Under the pieces are notes generated by a model. That model saw only the letters and a list, made by a program, of their open reading frames with translations. It made no database searches and was not told the origin of the DNA. Source: Priapulus caudatus (taxonomy: Eukaryota). Taken from it: 64,000 bases of DNA. The DNA lies in assembly GCF_000485595.1 (NCBI RefSeq), contig NW_014577068.1, positions 826,487-890,486 on the forward strand, in the 5' to 3' direction. Both the position numbers and the translations under genes were made by a program. Shown here piece after piece: positions 36,229 through 48,207 of the stretch. The first letter of the stretch is position 1. Every line of letters starts with the position of its first letter.

Positions 36229-38214
36229 TTAGCTCATCTGACGAAGTCAGATGCAGCTTGTAAAATCGCATGAGCGTGCGTGCGTGCGTCCGTGCTTCAA
36301 CAGTTGGGCACAAATCTTAACCGCTCTACGTACGGTCACGATATTGGGGATGTCGTCGGGGGGTAATCCGAAAACGAGTTGGGATGTCGAAGCTGGGGGT
36401 CAAAGGTCAAAGGTCAAGAGGTGTAAAAGAAGGGGGAACATTCACTCCTTAACTTAAGGTATAGGGAGGAAATGCAGAATTGCGGCACAAATCTAAACGG
36501 CTCGACCTATGCTCTTAATATTCGGTGTATAGTGTGATGGGCAGGAAACCCATCACCAGTGCGAAATTGGAGGTCACAGGTCAAAGGGCAGTGGGGGAAA
36601 GGTCAGATATCAGACATTTTCTGAGGACATGGCCTAATGGACAGAGTGAAAAACTTTTTTGTTTCAGCGCTGACCTACCATTTTTATCACTTTATTGGAA
36701 GGACCATGAAATGTGACCTGCTCCAGCATAATACGGACTAAGTCGCAAGTCATTGTTTTAAGTAATAAGCACGCACACATGTCAATGCTGAAAATGGCCT
36801 ACCTGGACAAAAAATTTTTTTTTTGAAGGGCTTATCCCTGACTGGGCCCCTTACCCGGAACGCTTTTTCTCAAAAGCTGCATATTTCGGAATAAGTCGAT
36901 TTCCGATCTTAGATCGGTCAATTCTTTAGATATAGCCAAATATTATATATCATTTTAAAGGTAATTAAATGATCTATTCAGATATGCACATAACTCAATT
37001 TGTAGAATTTCCTACTTAATCCTGGTTTTGCTGGAGTGGGTCACAAATGTGCTTTCCACTGACGTGCGAAGAGTAAGTGTCTGATAACCTTTTGACCCTC
37101 AAGAGGAGGGTTAAACATGGATTTGTTGACTGTTAACAAAGGACTGAACTGTGTTTGATGGTACTTGTGTGATCGTGGACTTCAGACTTAAATTTCACAG
37201 TGAAATTCTGCATGCAAAACTTACTTGAACAACGTTTACGCGCCTTAAATCATAATCATATATGAACTTCATATCTCTATATGAGATTCTGTACGTTGGG
37301 AATACGATGTCAATAGCACTTATGCAAACGTCTGTTTTTGATTAAAAGGCCAACTATAAATAGGCCTACCTCGCAGATGGGTGGCTGATAGTATCACAGC
37401 ATGGGCTAAACGAAGGTAGCAACTAGTTTGGATTATTTATTTCCTGCACCTAGTCAGTATGCACGCCATCTATCGGAACAGAGTGAGAAGAATGTCCCGG
37501 AAGGATAGGTCAAATTAATATTGCGCTCAAAAGTGCAGAAAGAATTACTTTCTTAACTTCAGTTTAATCAATCTTGAGATAAGTAATTGCAGAAATGAAT
37601 CGTCAAACCTACCAATGAAAATTTGCCAGTTTTGTACTGTCCTTGGCATGGCTCTCTCCGTCGACGTGACAGTAGTGTGCAATGTCGGGATATGGTGGAG
37701 CATGCTGGCTTGCAGAGCCCGATGGTTGACTGTCAGTCGAAATGTGTTGATCCTCCCCGACATTGAAGAAATCTGTACGTTATACGTGCGTCTGCCTTAC
37801 CTCTGCCTGCCATCTTTGTCGAAAGTTTGGACGCCGCGCGGCGAAATCGGAATGTACATTTTAATCGATGACGTAACTGATACAGTACTTAGCGCGCAGC
37901 GTGGGTGTTATTTGTTTACAAACAATTTAGTCTGACTGACTCTCTCCCTCTCTCTCCTCTCGCCCGCTCTCTCTCTCTCTCTCTCCTCTCGCCCGCTCTC
38001 TCTCTCTCTTTCTCTTTCTCGCCTCCCTCTCTCTCTCTTTCTCTTTCTCGCTCTCTCTCTGCAATAAAAAAAATGTTTGCTGAAATGATGTGTACGCAAC
38101 TGCGTATCTGCATATCTGCGCCTAACAAAGGTGTCACTACGCACGACTAAAATGTTACGTTTATAACCGTAGCAACACACCTCAGATGAGCCCAGTCGCT
38201 CTGCGGCTCTTGTT
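36229..38214 (+). mobile_element. HINE / DINE-1-like (Helentron-associated) non-autonomous element
   Basis: T-rich insertion site; subterminal IR GCTCATCTGA (36232) / TCAGATGAGC (38182); short tetranucleotide microsatellite; GGTCAAAGGTCA core repeats; 3' hairpin AGTCGC-tct-GCGGCT then CTTGTT. Confidence 0.75.
36712..37045. mobile_element. TGTGACC-terminal MITE nested in the HINE
   Basis: TIRs TGTGACCTGCTCCAGCA / TGCTGGAGTGGGTCACA; absent from the sister HINE at ~53140, implying a 2-bp AA duplication. Confidence 0.7.
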
Positions 38215-40435
38215 GTAAATCCATGTCCAAAATGTATTTATGTTTTTATATGCGAAATTTAAGTTGAATCGTGCAAATACCATTACTTGACTATTAATGT
38301 CCCAAACCATCGAAACTGCTGGACCAGCCGATACCAGATTATAGTGAGGTTCAACTTATAGTATCAGTATGTAGCTGCTTACAGCTTATAGCTTTAGTAA
38401 AAAGGCTACTAGGTATGCTAGGTATACTAGGTATAAAATCTTTAATGTTTTTGAGTGACAACTAAATTGTTGCTGTGTAAAACGTATCGTCACCTCTGTT
38501 TTAATGACATATAAATAAGCATGCAGTACAATGGTATAGAGTGAATGATAAATGCCAGAGGTATGGCAGAGTTAATCATCTAACCAATTTGAGGAAGTAA
38601 GCTGTCATATGACTAAGTTTGATATCGGGTTGTGTCTCTATTTTACCTGTATGCTAGTGAACCGTACAGGTTTGCTCAAACAGCCACCTGTGTTTTCTGC
38701 ATTATTACAGCACCGCATTACACACGCACGCAGACCCACCTGCTCGCAGGCACTAACGCACGCATGCACTCGTCTATATAAATACACACGTAGTTTCCCT
38801 GCTGCATGGGATGAATTGTGAATGTAGTGCTGCCTTTAGTTGGGATCTCATAACAAATTCACACTGACAAGTGTGCGGTATGTATTGCCTGCACACAACA
38901 CCGTATTTATGAGCATACGAGTTATATGTCATTACATAACTATTGTGAATGTAGCAATTGCTGCTCTGGTGATCAGCTTCATACTAGCAATCAATAAGTC
39001 TTACTAAGGTTCATTAGCGACAATTTCGGACTGTGTGAGAGCAGGAAGCTGTAGAGAACGTTGGTTTACGCGTGCATATTATAACCACTCGTGTGTCATG
39101 TATTAAAGTAGGAGCACGGAACTGCAAACTCACTTAGTACTTCGATATTTTTCGAGTGTTGTTAAGATCTTGAAATTCATGATCCAATGTGATATAGTAA
39201 ATGCAATATCACTAGGGACTTTAGACGGATTTTAGTATACTTTTATTTGTGAATAGTGCCAACTGCCAAAAATTGTAAGATGTATCTCTAAATGGTGCAA
39301 TTCATAAGAAGTGTACTGCTACTTGACTTCTTGAGAAATAAATTGCTTGCGTTACACCAAGTGACTAAAGTAAGGCTGACATGTCTTAGACCACTCGTAC
39401 ACCGTTTTTTTCACAAAAATATTCGATTGAAATCTGTTTAAATCGTGTTGACTCAGTTACATGATAATAGTTTTTACAGTGTAATACCACTTGTTTCTCG
39501 TGAGACCCTCTCCCTGTACTTTGACATAAAACTTAAATTAAGCAGTGGAGATGTTGTACCAGTCTTGAACTACTACGCCACTCAATGAGATACATTTTCG
39601 TCTGGTGGTTGCCGATTTCAAGTGAATTGTCGCTATACAAAAGAATGTGGTTGCAATATTTGCCATTTTATATACTATAACAGCATAAACCCATGGTAAT
39701 TTGTATACTGGAGTAATCAGTAACGTATTCCCTATTAGGTGAGACTATATTTCGCTATATTTTTCTCGATTGTGCAGTTATTTACGAAATAATGCGTATA
39801 GTAGGACCCAACAGTAACAGCGTAATAATGGTTGCAACTATTGCTGCCATCATTGTTAATAAAGAGTTACCGTGAATAATGTGGTTAGTAAATGTTCTTA
39901 GAAGATATAAAGAAGATCTGCAAGTTGAATTGCTGTATCAAGAAGTATCATGCTGATTTATATAAATTGAAAAAATAAAATCCAAGGCAGTGGTGCTATG
40001 TCGAATTAAATTACTATTGTCATGCTGTTATGTTGGGAAATTGCTGTGTACATTGAACACCACCTATTATTAGAAGCATGCATGTCCAGTAAAGCATGAT
40101 AGTTAGGACTGTCATCGATGCCCACCTCATCGATAAATCGCGATGGATTTGCGTCCGATATCGATATCGNNNNNNNNNNNNNNNNNNNNNNNNNNNNNNN
40201 NNNNNNNNNNNNNNNNNNNNNNNNNNNNNNNNNNNNNNNNNNNNNNNNNNNNNNNNNNNNNNNNNNNNNNNNNNNNNNNNNNNNNNNNNNNNNNNNNNNN
40301 NNNNNNNNNNNNNNNNNNNNNNNNNNNNNNNNNNNNNNNNNNNNNNNNNNNNNNNNNNNNNNNNNNNNNNNNNNNNNNNNNNNNNNNNNNNNNNNNNNNN
40401 NNNNNNNNNNNNNNNNNNNNNNNNNNNNNNNNNNN

Positions 40436-40667
40436 AATTTTAAGTTACCCCATTTCTGACCCATCCTGAGAATTTTATTAATTATTTAATTAATTGGATC
40501 CGGATCACCACCAAATCTCATCAATTCTAAGTTATCCCATTTCTGACCTATCCTGAAAATTTTATGTCAATCCCGCCATAACTTTTTGAGTTGGGCTGTA
40601 CACAAACCAACAAACACACGCCAATGAAAACATAACCTCCTGCCAACCCCTTGGCGGAGGTAATAAA
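40436..40667 (-). mobile_element. HINE-like element 5' end (truncated by gap)
   Basis: Minus strand reads TTTATTACCTCCGCCAAGG...GGAGGTTATGTTTTC then (GTTT/GTTG)n and tandem core repeats. Confidence 0.6.
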
Positions 40668-41519
40668 GACACTATTACCCTTGAACAGAGAACCAAAAAC
40701 TAGCACAATATACATAATACCCCTAGGTAGCAGCAGGGGCGGGGCATTGACAATACACATTATCGAAAATGTAATTACTGTTGCATGTAGCTAATTTTTT
40801 ATAATATCCATCATTTATATTTTTGGGCAGTAAAATTGGATACTTAGGATAGATTAAAATAATAAATAGTTTAATAGCACAGCCAGCAAACACAAAGTAA
40901 GAGGTTGGGGCTAATATAACTGAAAAAAATAAATAATGGCAAAATCTAGAATATTGCAAATATTCCTTTCATGTGTACAAAAACTGAAAGGAAAATATAT
41001 TCTAGGTATATGTGGTTAAATGGAAATGCATACGATAATATGTAAATTGTGGCATCGCAGACATCAACGTTCTTTATGTGGACTACAGTCTGAAATATGT
41101 TTCCAATCTGGATATTCAATCATATTTAAATCACGAGCAAAGAAAATCAATATTACGTCATTCCTCATTGTAGCAAGTGATTCCACGACAGCCGTGTTTA
41201 TTAGAGTGCATGGCTGTTGGTTGTGCCATTAAACAATTTATATGATAGTTCATGAATAATTCATATACTGATTGGGGTTGTGGTCACCTTGCACTATCTG
41301 AGTATCTGTGTATGTGTTAGACGGTGTATAGCTCGCCATGCATACGAGTATTTATTGTATATGTATCTGATAATCAGAAGTAAATAATAGGGAACTACTT
41401 CCCTATTATCTACTCCTGATATGTGTATGTATGTGTACATGTATGAACGGGAACCTTTAGATCGGTGTTTCCCTTTTTATTTTTGATAGTTTCCCACCGG
41501 TAATTTCAATTTACTGGGA

Positions 41520-42770
41520 GATTTTGTTCCGGAGCTTCCAGGCTGATTCTAAGTAATGTTCTGCAAAGCCTTCCGCCACATCTAGTACCCTTATCCTGCA
41601 GTTATTATCTGCTATCAAGACCACATCATCAGCATACAGCATCCCTGTTGTTCTTTCCCTCCCTACACCTAGTTCTTCATTTTTCCTTTCTAGTCTATGA
41701 GCTAGCTCTCTTATATATAGATGGCAAAGAGCAACGGTGATAATAAGCATCCTTGTTTGACCCCTCTCGTGGATTTAACCCAACCTGATTCATATGGGCC
41801 TAGGCTAGCCTTGGACTCATTTCCCTCGTACATGGCCTCTATTAGCCGGCTAAATTTGTCCCCTAACCCAACTCTTCTAAGTTCACGTAGTAGTTTCCTT
41901 CTATCTATCCAGTCGTATGCTTTTTTTAAGTCTAGGAAAGCCACATACAAGGTTGATTTCCTGTATTTTGCCCTCTGTATGCTTTGGGTCAGAATATAAA
42001 TGTTGTCACTTGCGCGTCTGCCCCTTCTGAAGCCATTTTGGAGTTCCCCTAGAAATCCGGAGTCTTCCAGCAAGTTTTCTAGGCGAGTCCTAAGGATTCC
42101 TGAGAATATTTTACCCACATTACTAGTAAGTGCTATTGGTCTATAGTTTAAAAAAAGTTTTCTATCCAGGTTTTTTCCTTTGAAGACTAGTGTGACTCTG
42201 CTCCTTTTCCAGCTTTCCGGGAATACTTCGCTTTCTAGAATCTTGTTAAATAGGTCTTTTAACCTTTCCACTAATGTTTTCCCACCATGCTTTATGAATT
42301 CATTTGGGATATCATTCTAATTTCTACCCGCATGTCATTTCCAGCTTTGCCACCTTTATCCTACCTATAACGTCTTCTATGGTTACGCTATTTGTTAAGT
42401 CCGCCGCTTTATCCATTTGGAGGTATACTTTCCTGTTTTGTAAATTTTTGTCAGCCAGGCACGCTCCTTTATCTTCATTTGCCTCTTTCCAATGTTTTGT
42501 CATTTCCATGTTAACATCGCTTTTGTTTTCTAAGACAATACCACTATCGTTTTTTATTTTTATTTCATAGCTGGTTTTGTCTCCTCGATTCCTGACCATG
42601 TTCCAGAAGAGTTTAGCACTTCCCTTCCCTGCACTTCTGATCGACTCTATCTGTTTTTCTTCAAACTTAGCTCGTTTTTCCTCAATGATGTACTTTGCTT
42701 TATCTTTGGACTCCTCATACACTTGCCTAGCCAGTCCTAATTCCTCACTTGTTTACTTGTTCGTTTACTT
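41520..42770 (-). mobile_element. Non-LTR retrotransposon (LINE) ORF2 fragment, reverse transcriptase, disrupted
   Basis: RT motifs NYRPIALTS, QNGFRRGR, FLDLKKAYD, GVKQGCLLSPLLF and YADD across ORFs 42324-42722, 41711-42271 and 41511-41750, with stops/frameshifts; clade not assigned. Confidence 0.92.
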
Positions 42771-42922
42771 NNNNNNNNNNNNNNNNNNNNNNNNNNNNNN
42801 NNNNNNNNNNNNNNNNNNNNNNNNNNNNNNNNNNNNNNNNNNNNNNNNNNNNNNNNNNNNNNNNNNNNNNNNNNNNNNNNNNNNNNNNNNNNNNNNNNNN
42901 NNNNNNNNNNNNNNNNNNNNNN

Positions 42923-43215
42923 ATATACCCGCCCTATGAGGATGCTGAAACATTGGAGAGGTCTATAGTGAAGGCCCTCGGCAGAGGCGGGAACAAAAGC
43001 TATAGGCAGAACGTCAGGCAAAGCAGGGGTGAGGAAGGATAGACCTTGGTTTGACCAAAGCTGTAAAAGCGCGAGACAAGAGAAACAGGAGGCCAACAGA
43101 AAGTACAGAAAAATACGAAAACTAAAATTCGAAGGGGAACAAGTAAACGAACAAGTAAACAGTAGAGAATGGCACGCTGCATGGAGTGATATGAGGAGCT
43201 CCAACAAGCATAACC
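42923..43215 (+). mobile_element. Inverted upstream fragment of the same LINE
   Basis: Encodes ..DRPWFDQSCKSARQEK.. (typical pre-RT PWF motif); AAGTAAACGAACAAGTAAAC at ~43141 is the reverse complement of 42751-42770. Confidence 0.7.
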
Positions 43216-44064
43216 AGCAAAATGCCTTTCATCATAAATGTCTATCTTTTTAATATATGGTTCCAACTTTCTATTTTCAAGTCTACCGCAGATTTGAGGT
43301 TGTTTTGACTCCAAGTATATTTGCCCTTACATCTTTCATCTTCGAATTTTGAATCGGGAGCGGAGCGGGTCGTATAGTGAGCGAGGGTATACGACGCGAC
43401 TCGGATAGTGTGCGTGGCCATCCGACCCGCCGCCGAGCGCTGAAGAAAATTGTCCAATCACAGAGCAACGTCGTGGGAACCGCATTCGGTCAAAATGGCG
43501 GGGAAACACTCCCGACCCTTAGTACACACTAAATCCGCTTGGAATGCCACGAGAGCGCCATGGTTAGCGCCGACTTTGAGTCGTACAGTGTGCGGGGGCC
43601 TCCCGATCGATCGGCTGCCGAGCGTATGGTGTGCGAGGGCTTACAACTGCGGCCCGAGCAAAATCGTATAGAGTGCGGCTAGCATAACTTTCTTGTGAAT
43701 TTGTAATTGTGACATATTTTCGATATATGCAATATGGGGATTCGCACTAAGTTGAGAATAATTATTGTGTAGTGTGACAGAGGTATGTGTGTCTGGTCTA
43801 AATACTGTATGTCATGATAATCATTAATTAAATTGAACTGATGGGAAAATACGTTTACAACTTGCATGTATGTATAGGATAATTCTTGTCAACTGATGAA
43901 CTCATTAGTATTAGTAACTCACTTAGCTTATGTTGAGGTGTTGAGTGAGAGTAAGGGGTGCCGGGTATTGTATGCGTGCCATGTATGTTTCATGTGTAGT
44001 TTTGGCATTCATTTGTGGGTCATGTGTTGACAGACATTCATCTTTTGAAATGGTGTGATTTCAG

Positions 44065-44152
44065 GTTATGCACACTAAACTTGACGAGACTGCAGGTTTT
44101 GAAGCAACTGGACACAGACATTACATCTATCATTGTTTCGGTGAAGATGCAG
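44065..44152 (+). CDS. PACS: PACS family, coding exon 2
   Basis: Acceptor TTTCAG|G completes the Arg codon; encodes LCTLNLTRLQVLKQLDTDITSIIVSVKMQ (PACS furin-binding-region LCSLTL...IAVKMQ-like); donor CAG|GTAGGA; frame-compatible with exon 1. Confidence 0.93.
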
Positions 44153-45867
44153 GTAGGAGCATATATCAAAATTAATGCGTCACACTAGTAGTGTGTGTTT
44201 TGCTATTGTACCATAACCTTTCACAGCTTCCACGATCGGTGGTGGTGTTCTAAGCAGCTGAGATTGAATGATTGATTACATTCCAACAGAGGGGAATGAC
44301 TACATGTCATCTCTGTTGATATAAAGTGGAAAATATCCCATTTATGTATTGGCCAGCTGACTAAGGTAGTTGGGGATGCTATTTATTCGTGTCCTAGAGT
44401 TATCCAAGCGGGCTGCAATCAAATTCTATTTATACCTGCTCTATGCAGCTAGCAACTCGGCCTTGTTATGTTATATGATTTTAGTGAATCTATTGATATT
44501 CTATAGAAGTAGATATCTAACAATCAAGATTAAAACCCACCGTTGTATATTCATTGTTTCTACACGAAATGTTGTATAGTTTGTAAAATCAAATAGTATA
44601 AATATCGAATTGTGTGTTAATGTTATAGAATAGAATATTTGGAAAGATAGTTTCGGTTTCATTCATACAGATATATTTACGTGGTATCTGTTATCATCTA
44701 TGTTTATCATTATAATAGTAATTTAGACAATTAGTAAATTTATACACCCATTGTCTTTACTAATGAATGCTTAATAAGCATAACACTGCATTTATCTTCT
44801 TACGTTCACTATTTATCCCAAATGTTAACAATGGTTTTAATCGTGTGGTGCATATTGTTACATACAACTGCCTTATGTCCACATACACAACTGTTACATG
44901 TTCTTGTTAAAACTGATCAAATATTGCTGATAGGTTACATCAGGCAGTGAGTGGCCTTGTGTAGAATATATTATCTATCTGATCACGGTTAATGCTAAGG
45001 GTTTTACTTCGATGAATGTGAATACCTGTTGGAACATTGTCGTGCAAATATTGCTTTTAAAATATGAGTCGTTGGCTGCGCATGTTGGATGACAAAATGT
45101 ACCTTCGTCGAATTCCCAAGAGAACCAAATGCCAAATGCCAAATTAAAATTTTTCAGGATTGCAATTGCCTTGTCTGTGAAATTGGTTAGTGACAAATTT
45201 GATGCATAGTGAATGTTCTAGTGGTGTTTTCGTGTTTGTATATAAATTAAGCAGTAGTATTTTGTGTTTTTGAGATATTTCCTGTGCTGTATGTGAGCGT
45301 GCGCAGGATTCTTAATTGCTTATGAGGCTCGTACCTATGCAGTTAGCACATAGTTTGCCCACGATAACTTTGCCTTATTCGGCGGATCCTAAATCCACAC
45401 AGTTTCTTTACTCGGCATCCCTCTGTAAAACTTCCCCATCGATGGATGTTATTTGGCTCTAGGTAGAAGGCGTCAGTTACTGTTACTCCTTGTGAATAGA
45501 ATCAGGTGATACGCATGCACAGGCATCGTCACAGGGATTCTTGTTGGTGCCTTGAGAGACAATCGCGGCTGTTTTTGAAAGCTCGCTCAATGACATTCGC
45601 CATGTTTAATCATCAGGCAGCAGTAGCAGCGCACAGCCACTGCTGCTGGCGATTACGGAAACATTGGCCTCCGCTTGCCAGGATCGGTAAGCTTCGTGAA
45701 CGGCTGTAGATTCCCCGCCGCAGTATTAATCGGTTAAATGGCTGCATGTAGCCTGCAAGCTGTGTGTGCGAATGTGGACCGGATGGTGCGATCCAGTGTC
45801 ACGAGTCATAATTGCCATCTTGTGGTGATTCACGGCTTACATGTACAGCTACGTGAGCGAGACCATA

Positions 45868-45936
45868 AACAAGAACAACAACAACAATGATAATGACAAC
45901 GATAATGTCAATAACAGCAATAATAATAATAATACC

Positions 45937-45979
<43 letters not shown>

Positions 45980-46032
45980 GCAGCAGTAGCAGCAGCAGCA
46001 GTAGTAGCAGTTAGCAGCAGCAGTAGCAGCTG

Positions 46033-46090
<58 letters not shown>
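45868..46090 (+). repeat. Compound microsatellite (AAT/AAC/AGC/GACAAC)
   Basis: Directly visible. Confidence 0.95.
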
Positions 46091-46091
<1 letters not shown>

Positions 46092-47603
46092 TGGCCCTGT
46101 CACACCTTGACAATTTAGCCAGCGTATGCCGACGTATCAAAATTTCTCTAAAACGCTGGCATACGCTGAACTATCGACGTTTTTTTTCAATTTTGGGCGT
46201 ATACATAGCGTATTCAAAACGAGTTGGACGCGTATACATAATGTATTAGTAACTAATATAGAACGTATCGATAACTTATAGATAACTTATACCAANNNNN
46301 NNNNNNNNNNNNNNNNNNNNNNNNNNNNNNNNNNNNNNNNNNNNNNNNNNNNNNNNNNNNNNNNNNNNNNNNNNNNNNNNNNNNNNNNNNNNNNNNNNNN
46401 NNNNNNNNNNNNNNNNNNNNNNNNNNNNNNNNNNNNNNNNNNNNNNNNNNNNNNNNNNNNNNNNNNNNNNNNNNNNNNNNNNNNNNNNNNNNNNNNNNNN
46501 NNNNNNNNNNNNNNNNNNNNNNNNNNNNNNNNNNNNNNNNNNNNNNNNNNNNNNNNNNNNNNNNNNNNNNNNNNNNNNNNNNNNNNNNNNNNNNNNNNNN
46601 NNNNNNNNNNNNNNNNNNNNNNNNNNNNNNNNNNNNNNNNNNNNNNNNNNNNNNNNNNNNNNNNNNNNNNNNNNNNNNNNNNNNNNNNNNNNNNNNNNNN
46701 NNNNNNNNNNNNNNNNNNNNNNNNNNNNNNNNNNNNNNNNNNNNNNNNNNNNNNNNNNNNNNNNNNNNNNNNNNNNNNNNNNNNNNNNNNNNNNNNNNNN
46801 NNNNNNNNNNNNNNNNNNNNNNNNNNNNNNNNNNNNNNNNNNNNNNNNNNNNNNNNNNNNNNNNNNNNTTTATAGGCTACGACACGTGATCGTCGGCGAT
46901 ACGCTGCCGCGCGCTATGCATAAGTTAGACTATCGTTGGGCATAAGTTGTGAACGCCGCAACACGCTAAGCATTCGTCTACGGGCCTGGTAGCCTATAAA
47001 AAGGCTCCCGCTCGACGATTCAAATCATAACCGCACTAGACATCGCAGTATCAACATCACCTTCGCAGTATCAACATGACAATACCATTTTTATATACCA
47101 ATTCCCTTAAACGCTGCCAATACGCCATTATACGGTAGCTGTAAGTTAGAAACACGTTCAGTAAGTTCTGTGGTCGTGTCCGGAACACGTCCAATACGTC
47201 TACATACGTCAATATGCGTTGGAGATAAGGTTCCAAGCACGTTACTCATAGGTTAGAAATAGGTTTTGGGTACGCTAGACATTATCTCGACGTAATTCGA
47301 CTTATGAGTAACTTACAAGTAACGTTTGTGAACGTGTGTCAACGATTGCATAACTTACCTACAAGTTATGGCCCGCGTATGCGGGACGTATGGTCATACG
47401 CTGGCATACGTCGGAAAAATTTTTGAGCATGCTCAAAAATTTCCGACGACCTCGCCGTACTACGAGTCTACGACGTATACCAGCGTGCTCTTAACTTATA
47501 CAAAGATTACCCATGCATAACTTATTCGACGTACGCCAGCGTATTCACGCAATTTTCCATACGTCGGTCGGTATATACGCTGGCTTTCATACGGAGGTGG
47601 GAC
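46092..47603. mobile_element. Probable Harbinger-like non-autonomous element spanning a gap
   Basis: Left end GGCCCTGTCACACC..GCCAGCGTAT, right end ATACGCTGGC..GGTGGGACA; repeated CGTAT/ATACG motifs. Confidence 0.45.
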
Positions 47604-47749
47604 ATAATGATGGTGCGCCATAATCATATCATGATTATATCATATCATATCATATATCATGATAATCATATTGTACGTGATTCCTCCGCTGTCATGTGTT
47701 CAGAAGTGAATATATATTTTACTTACTCCTCAGTCCTGATATGATACAA

Positions 47750-48207
47750 TTATTGTATCCCCCGCGACGAAGTCGGCAGGGATACTATGGTTTCATGTCT
47801 CCCCAGCCGCCGCCACCGCCGCACGGTCTGCTGCAGAAAATTTCCCTTCCGCTCTATAACTCGCCCCCTAATTGACCTAGCGCTACCAAACTTGGTATAC
47901 TTACACATCTTGGGGAGAAGGTGAGCAGCGTACCAAAACCAGGTCACTGCGACCTTTATTTGACCTTGATCATATTTCCCTTCCGCTCTCTAACTCGGCC
48001 CCTAATTGACCTAGCGCTACCAAACTTGGTATACTTACACATCTTGGGGAGAATGTGAGCAGCGTACTAAAACCAGGTCACTGCGACCTTTAGTTGACCT
48101 TGACCTTGACCTTGACCTTCATCATATTTCCCTTCCGCTCTATAACTCGGCCCCTAATTGACCTAGCGCGACCAAACTTCGTATACTTACACATCTTGGG
48201 GAGAACA
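47750..48207 (+). mobile_element. HINE-like element, second family, with three ~125-150-bp core repeats
   Basis: 5' GTATCCC..GGGATAC inverted repeat, (GCC)n, tandem TTTCCCTTCCGCTCTATAACTC...TTGGGGAGAA units. Confidence 0.65.

Noticed and set aside
45799..46249. Poly-T/A/S/DN protein
   Set aside because: Compound trinucleotide microsatellite with no splice or domain support
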